From: Leucoraja ocellata
Taxonomy: Eukaryota
Assembly: GCA_036785375.1 (NCBI GenBank)
Contig: JAWMAR010000023.1
Coordinates: 5,828,001-5,892,000, forward strand
Reading direction: 5' to 3'
Length of the DNA: 64,000 bases
Of the stretch, positions 1-41,400 are shown one piece after another. Position 1 is the stretch's first letter, and every line of letters starts with the position of its first letter. Made by a program: the position numbers and the translations under genes. Under the pieces are notes generated by a model. The model searched no databases and was not told where the DNA came from. It worked only from the letters and a program-made list of their open reading frames with translations.

Positions 1-361
1 CCGTCAGGTTAAGACACATGGGGCACAAAAGAATATTTTTTTTTTTAGCGAGGTGGAGGGAGGGAACTGCAGATGCTGGCTTACACCGAAGATAAACACA
101 AAATGTTGGAGTGACTCAGCGGGACAGGCGGCATCTCTGGAGAGAAGGGATGGGTGTGATGTTGCAGAACTCTCGATGGAGCGAGGAAGAGAACTTGGTC
201 AAATAGGCACCTTGAGGAGGTGTGGAACAGACAGAATGTGTAGGAAGGAACTGTGTATAAAAATGTGTAGAATGGTGGCAAAGGTCTTTGTCCAAGCGCA
301 AGATATTCCTAGGGCCACCTTTGAGACGGCTAATCTGTACCAGTTGCATCAAAGGTGGTGA

Positions 362-27782
<27,421 letters not shown>

Positions 27783-30150
27783 CAACAAGTCCCCAGGATC
27801 AGCTCGGGCTGACAGCAGTTACAGGCACCACGCTCCTGGCCATCACTAAACATTCTTTGGACACATCAAGTGTTTTTGTCTGGGGAGAGGGTGGTGGGTG
27901 AGCAGGTGGGGAGTGCTGTGCTCACTTGTACATATTTGCACTTACTTTGCACGCTCGTGGAAGGCTGTTCCTGTTGCATTGAGTGTTGTTTCAGGGAGAA
28001 GAACGCCAGAGGATAGGGACAAGAAAAACACCCTCCCAATCAGAACATGGAAAGTCTGGAGCGGATTCTCCAGATCCTGCTCAGCGTCTTATCCCTTCTC
28101 ACCATCATTAATACCCACTACCTTCCATGGTGTACAGTCCCTAAACTACCTCCCCCCCAGCTAGTGTACTCTTCCTAACCCCATCCCTCCTCTAATGGCC
28201 CACTAGTGTTCTGCCCCCAACCAAAGTATTATGACCCTAACCCACCCCACATATGCCCAAAGGTGTATGAACTAGCCCAGTATAATCTGCCATAAATAAC
28301 TACCACTGTCAATACACCATCCTGGGTCCCAGAGGACCCCAGCCAGAACTCCCCATGCTCCCTTGAATACCCTGGATTCCTGTGAAAAGAGGCACAAGTC
28401 GTGCATTGGTTTGGGGCCACTTGGGGACGGGATACGCGACTCCGGTAACCTGCATTCCAGATAGGAAGCCCACAGCTTGGATGTTGTACACTGGGCCTAG
28501 TTCAGCCTGCTTTGGAACAAAGAACACATCTCCTTGTTCTGCTTCAGGGTTCAATGTTCTCGCCAGCTCTCCCGTATTCACAAGGCAGAGCCTTCACTCC
28601 CCCCCGTTTGACATCCGTATTGAAGTATTTTGAGGTTCTGGAACCAATTAGTGCCATTGGACTATCTTGTAGTTTTACCAAACACCGGAAAACACTCCTT
28701 ATACAAGTGCTCTGTCCAGTCGGTCTCGTATGTTACTGATAATCTGGAGGTATTTGTCTGGAATTATCTTGGATTAGCCGGTTGCAACTCTGTGCAGTGC
28801 AGAGATTCAGCTACTAATTAGAGAAATCCTGGTCATGCCTCCAGGTGGCAAGAGTTTGGGCAAGACCAGGACTGAACTCAGCAATAAGTCTCCCCCAGTC
28901 ACTTGATGTCAAGGACAACAAATGGTCTAAGGTTCAGGCTCCAGTGGGCTGCCAAGGACCCTGGCGTTCGTCTTTCCTTAACCCACCGTCCTAGAACTTA
29001 ACTATCCTGGCGCCACGAAACCCACAACCTGGTCAGACGTCAGGAGAGGGGGGAAGAATCCCAAATCTCATTGCTATTGTTAATCACTCTTCCTGGTGAA
29101 TGTTTGTATGAAACTCCTGGTGCAATTTTTTTTATGCTAAATGTCAAATTTAGTTGGTTTATTATACTCGTGGAGAGACTTGGATATTGGGATTTCAGTC
29201 ACCGTTTGCAACTAAATTATATAAATTGGGGTGAAGTGCCACACAGTCCATCCCTCCCTTGTTATCTTTCCTTTTATCCTCAGTATGTTAAGATCACTGC
29301 AGAAATAGAAATCTTCCTATTCACACTGTTCTTCGTTCTCTCTTTCCTGCTTCCCTCCCATCCATGCTTTCATTTGCCTCTTTTCTCCTTACTAGCCTCC
29401 TCTGTGAAGGTACTAATTGTTCTGGGTGCTTAAAGTCAATGTCCTTCATTTTTCACCCAGTGCCCAGATGTCATGGGCTAGTGCTGGTGACGTGTCTGGC
29501 CCAGGAATGGGAGGGAGAAAGCTGTCCTAAAGCTGTATCTGATCCAAGGCAATGGTCCAGAACAGCACTGCACAAGGACCATTCTAGTTCTAGTAGTAAC
29601 TGAAAATCAGCAAAGCAAGACAAAATCATCAACCTTGTTTACTAGACACTACCCAATCACAGTTATGCTAACTCTTGGAAAAGGTCAATTTCTCTGCAAA
29701 TTCATTTCAGATTTCTTAAGCCAATTAATTAAGCCTCTGGGCTGATGTGAAATTGGAAACATGCTGGCAACCAGACACAAGAATCTGGAGTTATAAATCC
29801 CAATTAGAGGTTATACTTCTACATTTTGCCACATTCTCCTTTGCCAATAGTTCAGCCCTGCTTCCCCTACTATCTCCATTCCAATGGAAGGCTGTTGGTT
29901 TGAGGGCAACTTGATAAAGCATCTTTTTGCTTAAGTGTTTTGTTATAAATGGCAGGTATTGTACTGTTCACTTAATACCTGGGAGACCTATTGAGAGAAA
30001 TTCCTGCCATTTGCACATACCTGTTCCAATCCCAGTGTTTTAACTTGTTTATTTTTTTTAAACTACCTTGTCAGTTGTTATTGTATTTTCCAATTCTGTG
30101 TACAGAATATTACTGCTGTTCTACTTGATTAATAAGCTATTTGGTAAGAA
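27783..30150 (+). other. Probable CHD5 3' UTR (end uncertain)
   Basis: Repeat-free sequence after the stop, with U-rich tracts near 30040-30130; no canonical AATAAA spotted. Confidence 0.4.
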
Positions 30151-30619
30151 AGTCTCTCTAAAATTGAAAGGCTTTAAGTTGACTGTATAGACTCGAAGTG
30201 CATCTTAATACAGTCCCTAAAAACAATATGTGCTCCTTTCTCGTTCATCTAATCCTCTGCATCAGTTGAAACTGACGCTAATGTGTGTTCAATGATTACT
30301 TAGAGCTGTAAACCAAGATGCTGGTTTGTTGGGGAAACTGGTGTGTTCTGCTGATGAGTCATTTGGGTCACACTGCGAGCTATAGTGAGGGGAAAGAGGT
30401 GAAGGGGATTGCAACGGCACAAGGATTCACTCTGTGCAGCATACGTGGACGAGACCATGCCAAACCAATCAGATGGGATGGGGACTGGGAGGAATGGTTA
30501 CAATAAACTGGCCTTAAAACCTCAAATCTGAAAATCAGAGGAGTATCAAAGCAGCACTTTTTCATGAGACCTACACACTTTCTCAATAGGTGGATACTGA
30601 GGGACACTCAGATATGTTT

Positions 30620-31560
30620 TTTGAAAAGTTCTCACCAAGCTTGGATGCTCAATAACATTAAAGCCCATATGTCACAGAAAGAGACGTATTTGATTCAAAA
30701 CTGGCCGTGGAACAGGAAGCAAAGGGTTATGGCTGATGAGTGCTTTTTGTGACCAAGACTGTTCCCAGTGATGTTCCACAGGACTTGTGTTTGGTCCCTT
30801 CTGTTTGTTATTCATAATCTGCACTTAAATGTATGGTGGATGGATACGTTTGCAGAAGATACAAACATTGTCCATTTGGTTGATAGTGAGCAGCAGAGCT
30901 TTAAACTGATGTAGTCAACTGGTCAATGAGAATACATATTGGGCAGTTGGATTTAGGATGGTGTTAAGAAAATACACAATAACTGCTGAGAAACACAGGA
31001 ATCATCCATTTTATGTCCACAGAAACTTAAAGGCAGGAGGACGTCAAATAGTAAGTTAAAAAGGCACAAGATGATTTTTGCTCATTGGCTGAGACAATGA
31101 AAAGAAATAAGGTTATAGTACAGTCATTCTGGGAGAGGTTTTTTTTTTAAGAAGAGCACTAAGTGGAGATTTAAGAGTGTAAAATTGAAGGGTGTGGTTA
31201 AAGTAATTAAAAAAGGCTGTTTCTGTAGCACAGGGGTAAAATCCAGGTGGCAAGGATTAATTAGGATTAGAGGGAATTAGAGTCAGCACATATCTGTTTT
31301 AGGGACCAGAACCTAATACCTCTTCTTGCGTATGGCGTGCACAGTCTAAAGTTGTAGGACAACTTGTTCTATTTGATCTTATTTGTGCACACCAGGTTGA
31401 TTGCATTCGTCAAAACAGGGCGGATCACGTGAAGGTTGCAATCTCCCACCCCAACCTAATACCTAAAGCATTGTGGAGGCAGAAACCCTCATCACTTTAG
31501 AATGGTACTTTGAAGTGTGCATGGAAAGTTGTTGGCTGCAAGGTTGTGGGCCAGGGACTG
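30620..31560 (+). mobile_element. Highly decayed CR1-type LINE (RT region)
   Basis: Remnants of RKQRV, VPQG..LGP.LF and FA.DT RT motifs. Confidence 0.55.
31322..31452 (-). mobile_element. 131-bp short retroposon with a 12-bp TSD, nested in the CR1 relic
   Basis: aacctaatacct at 31310-31321 and 31453-31464; AAG-type tail on -. Confidence 0.7.
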
Positions 31561-34500
31561 TTTTCTAGTTGTATGTTATGCCCCTGGTTGTTTTTTGTTT
31601 AATTGAAGTGGAACTGTGTATTCTAAAAAACGTATATTCATTAACTTGGCATTGATTTTTCAGATGTGATATTTCAATGGAAGTAGCTTTGAGGGTTGCT
31701 GATGCGTGCAGTAGGATAGGAATAGGTTTACTTGAAATAGTGGTGGGTTGAATCTCTTACAATGCAGGAGGCAGGCATTGAACCCCAGGTCTATGGGCTC
31801 AGTCCTGTTACTTGACCATTCCCCTCATTTGCTTGTGTCTCTACACATTTTCTTTCCTTCATGTGTCCATCAATTTCCCAAATAACAAATGATTTTACCT
31901 TTAAAAGCAATTTATGGTGGATGTGGAGGAAAATAGAGCACATGGAGGAAGCTACACCTGCACAAAGTGAGGGCACTGTGTGTGTGTCAAGGTCGGGTTT
32001 GAACCCAGGTTTTTTGCCCTATGAGGTGGCAACACTATTTGCTGTGCCAGTGCCACCCTGTTTAGGCAGGGAAATCATGGAATGCATTAGATTCTCCCAG
32101 TTACACAATTATGTTTTAATCTCACTGCTACACTTTCTCGTACATCAGGAAATGAGATCAGTAACGCAAAAAGCCCTGGTCCTTTTCAGAGGGTGTTGCA
32201 AGAAAAGCTGCCCATTCTCCTTGTATCTGCTGTTTTTGTTTGGTCCAGTCCTCCAGTGCTTGGAGATCACAATGGTCGTCTACAGCCTGGGCTTGAGATC
32301 AGACAGTCACTTCCACGCCATTCTTTCCTCTAAAACCTCTCCAGCATGCCTTTCCTTTCCCTACACCTGCAATTATTGCAGATGGCAATTAAAACACCAC
32401 CCCTTAAACAACAGCCAACTCCATTTGGGAAAAACACTGCCAGTGTGATGGCTTCCCTGGTGGCCAGCTGCAATGCCGATGAGGACAGGCCAGGAAAGAC
32501 ATTTAGTTTAACATCGATCTTCAAGTTGTGGGAAGCTGGTAAAGAATTTGCCATTGATTTGAACTCCCATTCACTATTCAAAAATCTCTGCTGGAAAAGA
32601 AGAGACAAATGCTGCCTGACCCACTGAGTTACTCCAACACTTTGTATTTTTTTCTTGTAAACCAACATCTGCAGTTCCTTCTTTCTACAATCTATGCTGG
32701 AGGAATTAAATGTTGGACAGGTTGGTGCTCGATGTGATTAAATAGCTGACAATGTGAAATAATGTACTTTGATCAGAAGGATGAAGTGATTATTGTATGG
32801 CACAATGTTGCAGCGTGTCAAGAACATGGGGATCAGAGATAGTGTATGCTCAGCCTACAAAGATGGCAGATCCAGTTGAGAAACCTGGAAAAGGAACCGC
32901 AACTCCCAATGATGATAGTGCAAAACTAAGTGGTTGTACTGAACCTTCACATCTTGCTGGTTATGTTGAGTATGAAATTCAATAGTGCCATCAATTCTGT
33001 TAAGGATATTAGGCCTTGGTTTGGAAGGCATTAGAATGATATCAGAAACTAAATATAGAGATAAACTGGTGAAGTAGTTGTCTTCCTCAGCACACTAACA
33101 GCCCGCTATGCCAATGGTTACTGTACCATTTAAACCTATTCTTCTCATTTACTCCATTGCCACATTATCACTGGTTCCACTGTACACCTTTCTTTGTAGA
33201 CTTTGCTCTCCCTCAGCAGCACACATTTTTGTGCAGCTTTGTATTGGCCAAGTTAAACATTGATTTTCTGCAAATGATGTTTACGTCCTTTGTTGCTAGT
33301 TACATTCTCAAACTTTGTTAAATTTCCCATGTAGGAGTCATACTGACGCTGCCTAATCATGTTATGATTTTCGAATTGCTATGTCACAGCATCCTTAATG
33401 GTTTTACCACATTTTGCCAGCAAGAGATTCCAGACTAATGTGTCTATCGTAACCTATTGCGGCTTCTTAAACAATAATGATACATTTGGTGCCTTCTAAT
33501 CTGCTGGGAATTTTGGAATATCATTAATGCTGCATTCACCATCTCTGCAGCTGCCCTTATTCTGACCTTGGAATGGAAGCCATCAGTTTGAGCAAATGCA
33601 TCCCTTTAACTCTCCAATACAGTTTTAATGACTTCAGTAATTTAATACTCCAATCATTTCCTCCCTTGGATTCACATTTATTTGTTACTACTCATATATT
33701 GCATTTTTATTTCTTGCTAGTTTCTTATTTTTTCATAAATCTTTTAATAATTCATTGCTGCTTCCCACAATCCATCCAATCTATTCTGAGACAGCATTAT
33801 ATACCATTTTTAAAAATTATAATCAGATCTATATTCAGCTGCGGCTGAATATAAAGCTATAACTAAGGTTAACTTGTTCTCATGCACATTTTATTTCTCA
33901 ATGGAATGCATATTTGTTGAGTTTCAAAATATTTCTTAAAAATGTTTGCATGGTTTATCTACTGGCAGAATCCTTTCATCTAGTTTCTAATTCCCATTCT
34001 TAAACTATGCATCCTTTTTGCCGACCCAATTACCTTAAATTGAAGAGCTAATGCCACAGTTAGATACTAAAACTGCACTCACAATTCTATCACAACGTCT
34101 TGAGCTGTATATAAAATTCCACTTGCTCTGATCACACTTCTTCAAGAGGTTTCCTTCCAATGAGATTTAACTTTACCCTGATTCTTCCCATTATGAATTA
34201 TTCCATGAAACCATCCCCAAGATGTTGCAGATTATAGCTGTCAAATCAAATTATTAAAGTCATACAGCTAACTTCATTATAAGGTTTCATTCCTTCATTA
34301 ATTCTTTCTTCCCACAGGAACAAGGCTGCAGTGACGTCAGCCTAGTTCCTGTGGGACTGCTTAGTTCTGGAGTGGTTGAACAGTGTCCCATTTATCCTGT
34401 GGATTAGTTACACTCTACTGTAAATTGGCTGGAGGGCAGGTGCAACAGTCTCCGCAAGGCTTGACATCAGTCTGCACTGAGATTGAGTCGGGTGCACCCT

Positions 34501-37461
34501 GCGGTTAAGATAATGGCATGTGAACACTGTTGTGTAGGAGACACAAGATGGAAACAAATTGTTTTTTACAGCCAAGCAAATTTGAGAAGTCTTCACATTC
34601 CACTTCCTTTGCTCGCTGTTTAATGCATCATCCCTTCCTAGCTACTCATTACCCAAATTATTACTTTAGCCTCATTCCTTTAAATCCAAAACCCATTTCC
34701 TCATTCTCCCTCCACACCACTCATCTTCAGCCCTAAGTATCCGACTCCACAGGGCATTGGTATACCATGAGCACATTTCAAAGGAATAACACCTTTTCCC
34801 TTCATCCCACTTCCCCCAATATTGGTGCCAAAGTCCCATGTGGCAATCCTCCCATGACATTTCTGGAGTTATGCATTTCATCCTCTGATCTCCAACAGTT
34901 CCGTTTAGTTTATTGTCACGTGTACAGTGAAAGACTTTGGTTGTGTGCTGTCCAGTCAGCAGAAACATTAACGTGTGTGGGGTTCGGGTTCTTATCAAAG
35001 TTATAACTCAAGGCTTTGCACTTTAATTGGGTCTGAATCGCCTTAAAGACCCTTGGCATAATCTCAGTCCTAGACCCACATTAGCTGTGGACTATGGCAA
35101 CTGAAATCCACCCAAGAACCCGTTCTTCTCCAGCATTCTTAACACTGGCACAAGGATCCTTCAGGGTTCTTCATTGCAATTGCAACAGTATCTATCCTCC
35201 CGATTAAATAGTTCCCTATCACCACTATATTCCCTTTCAGTAACTCCTTTAGTCTTTTATGCTGGAGTTTCTTATCTTCTCCATACATCAATAAAGGGAT
35301 TAAATACATTAAAGCTATTAAATAGAGACTTTGACATTGCTATATCCCTGCCCCCAATTAATTGTCATATTTGTATCCATGAATACAGGTCCATAAGACA
35401 TAGGAGCAGAATTGGGCCATTCAACCCTTTGAATCTGCTCTGCCATTCGATCATGGTGAATCTTTTTCCCTCTCAACCCCATTCTCCTGCCTTTTCCCCG
35501 TAACCTTTGACAACCTTACTAATCAAGAATACTGCCGAAATAGAGGCCACTACCTAAACAGTTGGGAATCAAATTCATGAATTAAAATGTCCAGTTAACT
35601 CCTGTCCGTTCAATTCTCTGATGGCTAAAGCTCAGACTTCATCCTACATTATGCAGCTTACTGCAGATGTGATTGCTAGGAATCTGTTGTTTCCACAAAC
35701 CTCTGCATGTTACAGTTACAAAACATCACCATAAAACTTTGGTTAATATTTTCAAACAATTAAAAGTTTTACCATTATATAAACTCATGGTACATAACTA
35801 ACTTTCAGGGTACTGCATGTTTTTTTTTCTAAAAGACTAAGCATGAAAGAAAATTGACAAAATTTCAATACTTACTGCCTAAAGCTTCAATGAACCTTTA
35901 GTGTTTGAGGCACACTGCACCAGCTCCTTTCTTCTGAACCAAATTCACATGTTGCCATTAGCACTAAGGGGAAAATTGCACACTGCGCAAATCAACATAA
36001 TCGACCCGAAACGTCGCCTATTTCCTTCGCTGCTACATAGATGCTGCCTCACCCGCTGAGTTTCTCCAGCATTTTTGTCTATCTAACCTTTATACTTGAG
36101 ACCTCTACACTCACTCAAGTACTGACTGAATCCCAGCTGAGAGTAATTACTACCTTTATCAGGCAACCATTTACAGCTGACTATCTGATTAACTTAACAG
36201 CAATTAGCAGGCGGTCTGATTACTAATTAATACCGTACCAGAAATTGATGTTCTAAATTTCAGAATAAAACTCTTCACCCACCAATTCCCATGCCGACCT
36301 AAATCTTGACTTTGGCCCACTTTTAAAGTTGCACGCGAACAGCTTCAATAGCATGACCAAAGCTTTTCCTGTGGCAGAAGGGTCAGTAACAGGAGGCTCA
36401 GATTTAATGTTACTGGCCAAAGGTGGCATGAGGTCTCCAACTGGGATGGTTGGCAGGAGATCAAATTGTAATATTCCAGATAGAATTGGATAAAAACATG
36501 GAACGGGAAAACAGTAGCTGTCCATGATGTAAATTAAACAAATTTAATGAGGAGCCACTGTAGGCAGGTGGAGCCAAATGACCTTGTATTGAATCAAAGG
36601 TACACAAAATTGCTGGAGAAACGCAGCAGCATCTATGGAGCGAAGAAAATAGGCGTAGTTTTGGGCCAAAACCCTTCTTCAGACCCAGCTTGTATTGAAT
36701 CAAGCTTTGAGTCTATATTATTACAAGGGATAAATGCTTCAGGGTTGAAGGGGAAGGGACAGGACATCGTACGAGGAGGACATGCGAAGAGTAAAAAAAA
36801 TAGAACTTTGTTAGAGATTGATTGTTTTAGAGATGGTTATCTAACTGCAAAAATATTGCAATGTTAAAGAATACGCAATTATTCTGGACCATGATTCGAT
36901 GGATCTGCAATGCCTGGGTCAAAATGGTAGTTGCAATGTTGGATTAGGCAAAGTGTATTTTATCCATTATTCCCCAACTAGTCCTCTTATGGTCTCATCA
37001 AAAGAGGACCAGGGCTAATATATTCATTTCTGAAGTGCAATTACATCATTTGGTTGCTGACAATTCACTTTGAAGGACAGAACTACCGGTATGTGTTTTA
37101 TTGTCGGAAGATAAGACAATTATTTTTATACATGGAGGAACAGTCCCCAAACACCACAGGGTAATTTGATCGGGTAATGTTTGTGTTCGTTTATTAGGCA
37201 AGGGAGGAATGTTGGCTGAGATGTGAGGTGAAGTCACCCCTCCCCCCATCGCCAGGTTTTAAGAACATTGAAGACACCCGAGTAAAATGAACCTTGACGT
37301 TACGTGTCATCGCTCGACTGCAGCATTGTGTTTGGCTCCGGGTGAAAGGGCCTGATTATTCAGCATGGAACAAAACTAGGTATGAGCAGGGGAAGATTCA
37401 ATTCTCTGATATAAAAGTTCAATAGTTCTTTAAATGTTCAATTCCCAATCTATCCAATATC

Positions 37462-37467
37462 TTTATT
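37462..37467 (-). promoter_or_regulatory. Candidate KCNAB2 polyadenylation signal (AATAAA); another at 37739-37744
   Basis: tttatt on + (AATAAA on -), about 0.6 and 0.9 kb downstream of the stop codon. Confidence 0.5.
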
Positions 37468-38339
37468 GTATGATTTTGTCAAAACAGCCCATGGAGTGAT
37501 AGCATTTACATAGTCAGCAGCATATACATTCACACGGATCCTGATTATAATAGATTCATGCATAGTTCAGTCAAGAGCCACTGCTTATTTTTTTATATCT
37601 ACAGTCCTACACGTTTTTGACAGGTAGAACTAAATTCTGATTCTTGCAATAATGATCACATTGTTATCGTTGCATATATACAGCCGGTTGCCTGGCCACA
37701 ATATTCCATTGTGCCATAAGATTATGTTACAGTATAAGTTTATTCTATTTCTTCAAATGAACATCTCCAGCAGTTAATAGGTGTAGGCATCAGAGATGCC
37801 TTCCGAGAAGTCTCTGAGCCTAGGGCCAATTGGATGTATATAACATACACAGAAGTGTGCAGCTTTGGAACCCCACAGCACTTATTTTGGGGGGTTGGGC
37901 AATCCTTGTTGAATTGGTATCCTATGAAGCAGTTAGATTACAGTCAAACCTGCTCTAGGCAGTTTCCAGCAGAGTGCCATAGATTATATTCTTGATCAAC
38001 CAAATGCGATATCCAGCAGTAGCTCTTTAAAATAATGAGTGCAGAAAAGTTATGGCATCACGGCAAACCAATCAAATCTGTGACATTTTGGAATTCCAGG
38101 AAAAAATAAAATAAAAAAATTAGCAAAGGTAACAGGCAGTCCACGGAACCAGCTATGCCTTGCCAGCACTGGTTTGTGGCTCTTTTTTTTTTCCTTTTTG
38201 ATCCTTTTCTGTTGCATCAGGAACTTGAAGTTTAATTCCTTCATCAGAAGCGTACTGATATTAGATTCAGTTATAGCTTGAGCAGGCAAAGAAGTTTGCT
38301 TTTGAAATGATAACAGTCCAGAATAATTGCAATTCCTTA

Positions 38340-38429
38340 TTAGGATCGATAATCCTTTTTGCTGTATGGCTTGTTTCCCAGGATACTATCGATCTCATGA
38401 ACAATTGATGAGGATAACTTTGGAAGAAC
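38340..38429 (-). CDS. KCNAB2: KCNAB2 last coding exon ([29 protein letters not shown])
   Basis: caacag acceptor; TAA at 38342-38340 followed by a second TAA. Confidence 0.95.
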   Translation of the reverse strand, partial: VLPKLSSSIVHEIDSILGNKPYSKKDYRS

Positions 38430-41400
38430 CTGTTGGAGAGAAAGGATATCCATAATGTATTTTAGTTTATACCAGAGCCCTGTGGTCACAGTGAAACTGC
38501 TTTCTATGCAAACTTGGTGCAGATTAAGAATAATGATATTGGGGAAGATGTTCAGGTTAGTATAGCATTGTAGAATAGTAAACCAGGGGTAGGGTATTCC
38601 TCCTTCTCCCCAGAGGTGCTGCCTGTCCCGCTGAGTTACTCCAGCTTTTGGTGTCTATCTATGGGATATAAACATCAGGTTGACATGAAATATCTGGCAA
38701 CTCTTTGACCTCTGTCAGAAGGTTGTTGGCTCAAGTTGCACTGCAGAAACTTGAGCACAGAAATCTCAGTTGATGTTCAACTGCAGGCCAAAGGCAGACT
38801 GTTCATGGTGCCAGCTTTAGCTGTTACATTGAAGCCCCCTTCCCCAGCTGGATAGTAAAGATCCTGTGCCACAATTTCAGAGAGCAGGAGAATCATCTGA
38901 CCAATACTTAATAAAATAATAACAGTAAATACATTTTGGTCAATATTCAGGTTTCAGTCAACATTATTTAAACAAATGAACGGATCATTATTACATGTGT
39001 CTGTGGGAGCTTGTTGTATGCTAATATGCCACCATGTTTCTTTGCAATATTGGCTACACATTGAACTAGTTTAATTGCCTAATTAAGGAGATGCATGTGC
39101 CTTATTAATGAGCCAGAGATAATAGCTCAAACTCCACCGTCTTTGTAATGGTGAATGAATAAAGATGGAAGAAAATGTCAGATTTATGTCAGTATTACTG
39201 ATTCTACCAGCTTGTCATAAGCTTCTCTGGGCTACAGTCCTTTAAAAGCCCTGTCCCACTGTGCGAGTTCACCCAAGAGCTCTCCCGAGTTTAAAAAAAA
39301 ATCAAAATTCGTGATGAGCACATAGAATGAACGTAGCAGGTATGTCGGAGCTCGGGACGTCTCTTAGCGCTAACAGCAGGTACTCGGAGAAACGTGGTAA
39401 CTCGTGAAGATTTTTCAACATGTTGAAAAATGTCCACGAGTAAAATACTCAGGATGTAAAAAAATTGATACTTTTTAACACGTCATACCGTAGTAGCTCG
39501 TGTGTTTACCGTAGTAGGACCTGGTGTCCCATATCACTATTGTATGTTCATGATGGAAATAAGAATACTCAGTAAATTCATTACCTTTGAATTGTAGTTT
39601 TATATAATCCTCCCATAATTTCTGAGTTCCATTTCACAATATCTATCAGACATACAGAATGTTGCAAAGTAATATTTTGCCCAAACTCAGTTGTATCTTA
39701 TGGCATATTTTGTGATATTTATTGAGATAGAAAGATACAACTTGGAACTTGGAACCATTAAACTAATTTGGCCTTCAAATAACTGAACGATATAATATTA
39801 TTTAATGACAAATAATAGACAAACATGTGTGTACTGCAAGTATATCTCATTGCGACCAATCTACATCTTTAAATTTGTGGATATTTTCAATAACGATAGT
39901 TATGGGGTTTTACTTACAGAAATTGACGACCTTAGTGATCAGCCAAAAGCAAATGGTTTAAAGTACATATAACGGCCACAGTGTGTAATGAGGTCAGCAA
40001 TAGTTGCTTCGTTCAAGTATCAATACTGACCTGTATTGCTCCAATGTTTTCCAAAAGTTGTTCAGTGTTAGAAGCTCCTACCAGGACAGAACTAACACCT
40101 TCATTTCTTAAACACCAGGCTGCAAGAAGAACAAGAAGACTAAATTATGAATAATGTATGCAAGATTCGAGTTATGGTCAATGGTACAACATAATTCTCT
40201 GATTAGGAGGACTTAACTTTATTTGTTCCCACAAAGTTAATGCACACTAGAAAAAAAAGCTAAACCAAATATAAAGCCTTATTTCTTTTGCTGAGTAAAG
40301 AAATACACATCAGCAAAGTTTATCAGATCAAGTCCTGCAAATGTGCTTTGCTTAGCCATCCAGCCAGCATTTTCCTGTGAGGGTAAAGAGAGAAAGATTA
40401 GGTTCCAGATCCACAAATACCCCCTCTCAAAGGCCCCAGATTGCTTTTTAATTCTCAGTTGTAAAAACCTGCATTTCCACTGAAAATTAGTAAGCTTCTG
40501 GATGTTCCAGCTCCCCCTGCGAACTCCTCAAGCAGCATTAAGAGGCAGCACAGACACAGCTAGTATTTGTAGGGCAGATGATGCCACTGCTGCCTCAGTC
40601 CCACGCCACTGTAGAATCTGAGCCTTCCGTGGTAATCGGAGCCAAGAATGGGGATTAAAATGGAAGTTCCAGGCTATTATTTCTCGCTGTTCCATCCGTT
40701 TGAATCTTTTTCCTAAACAGTTTGCATAAATGCAAAGTATTGATCCAACATTGATAGCTGCAAACAGAGAAACAGGAAATGCTGGCTGCAGATCTCTGGA
40801 GACTAAAATGCGAAACCTTTCTCCGATCATTACTGTCTAGTACCAAAGAGAAACACTTTAAATGCATCACATCATCACTGGAGGTTTCTGAAGGAATTTA
40901 AAGACATTCCTTTCAATCATTTACCTCAATGATAAGACTGGTTTCCTTTGTTAAGTAAGTGTTTTGATTTAAAAAAAGCTTAGATGTAAGACTCTTTTGG
41001 TTTTGCAACGGTGAAGATAATTGCTCCAGAGCTCGTGATCACCTAGAAGCAGCAATGTTTGGTCTCTCGCCTTCTCGTGACACTTGTTGATTGGTGTCGT
41101 TGTATTGATGAGAAGGAAGACTTGGAGAGGCAGGGAAATTAAACTTCGAGATTGAGCTCTTCCAACTCAGTGAGGTGAGCATCTCTTTTTCAGTTTGATT
41201 GTAACCAAACATCTTGCAAGTAAAGGACCATATAAGCTCTTCTATCATGACTGACATGAAACATTTCTAAAAATCATTTTGCCTGATAAGATTTGTTCCG
41301 ATTCAGTGTTCCAGTGAGGAACCTCACCTGATAATAGAACAGATTGGGAACGAGAGTACGCTATGCCTAATGTTCTAACTGTTAATCTAAGTGGTGGAAC

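Noticed and set aside
31861-32448. 195-aa ORF in the intergenic region
   Set aside because: Overlaps a decayed SINE; no recognisable domain or exon structure
34332-34339. CRE palindrome TGACGTCA (another at 61972-61979)
   Set aside because: 8-mer hits at roughly chance frequency, with no promoter context
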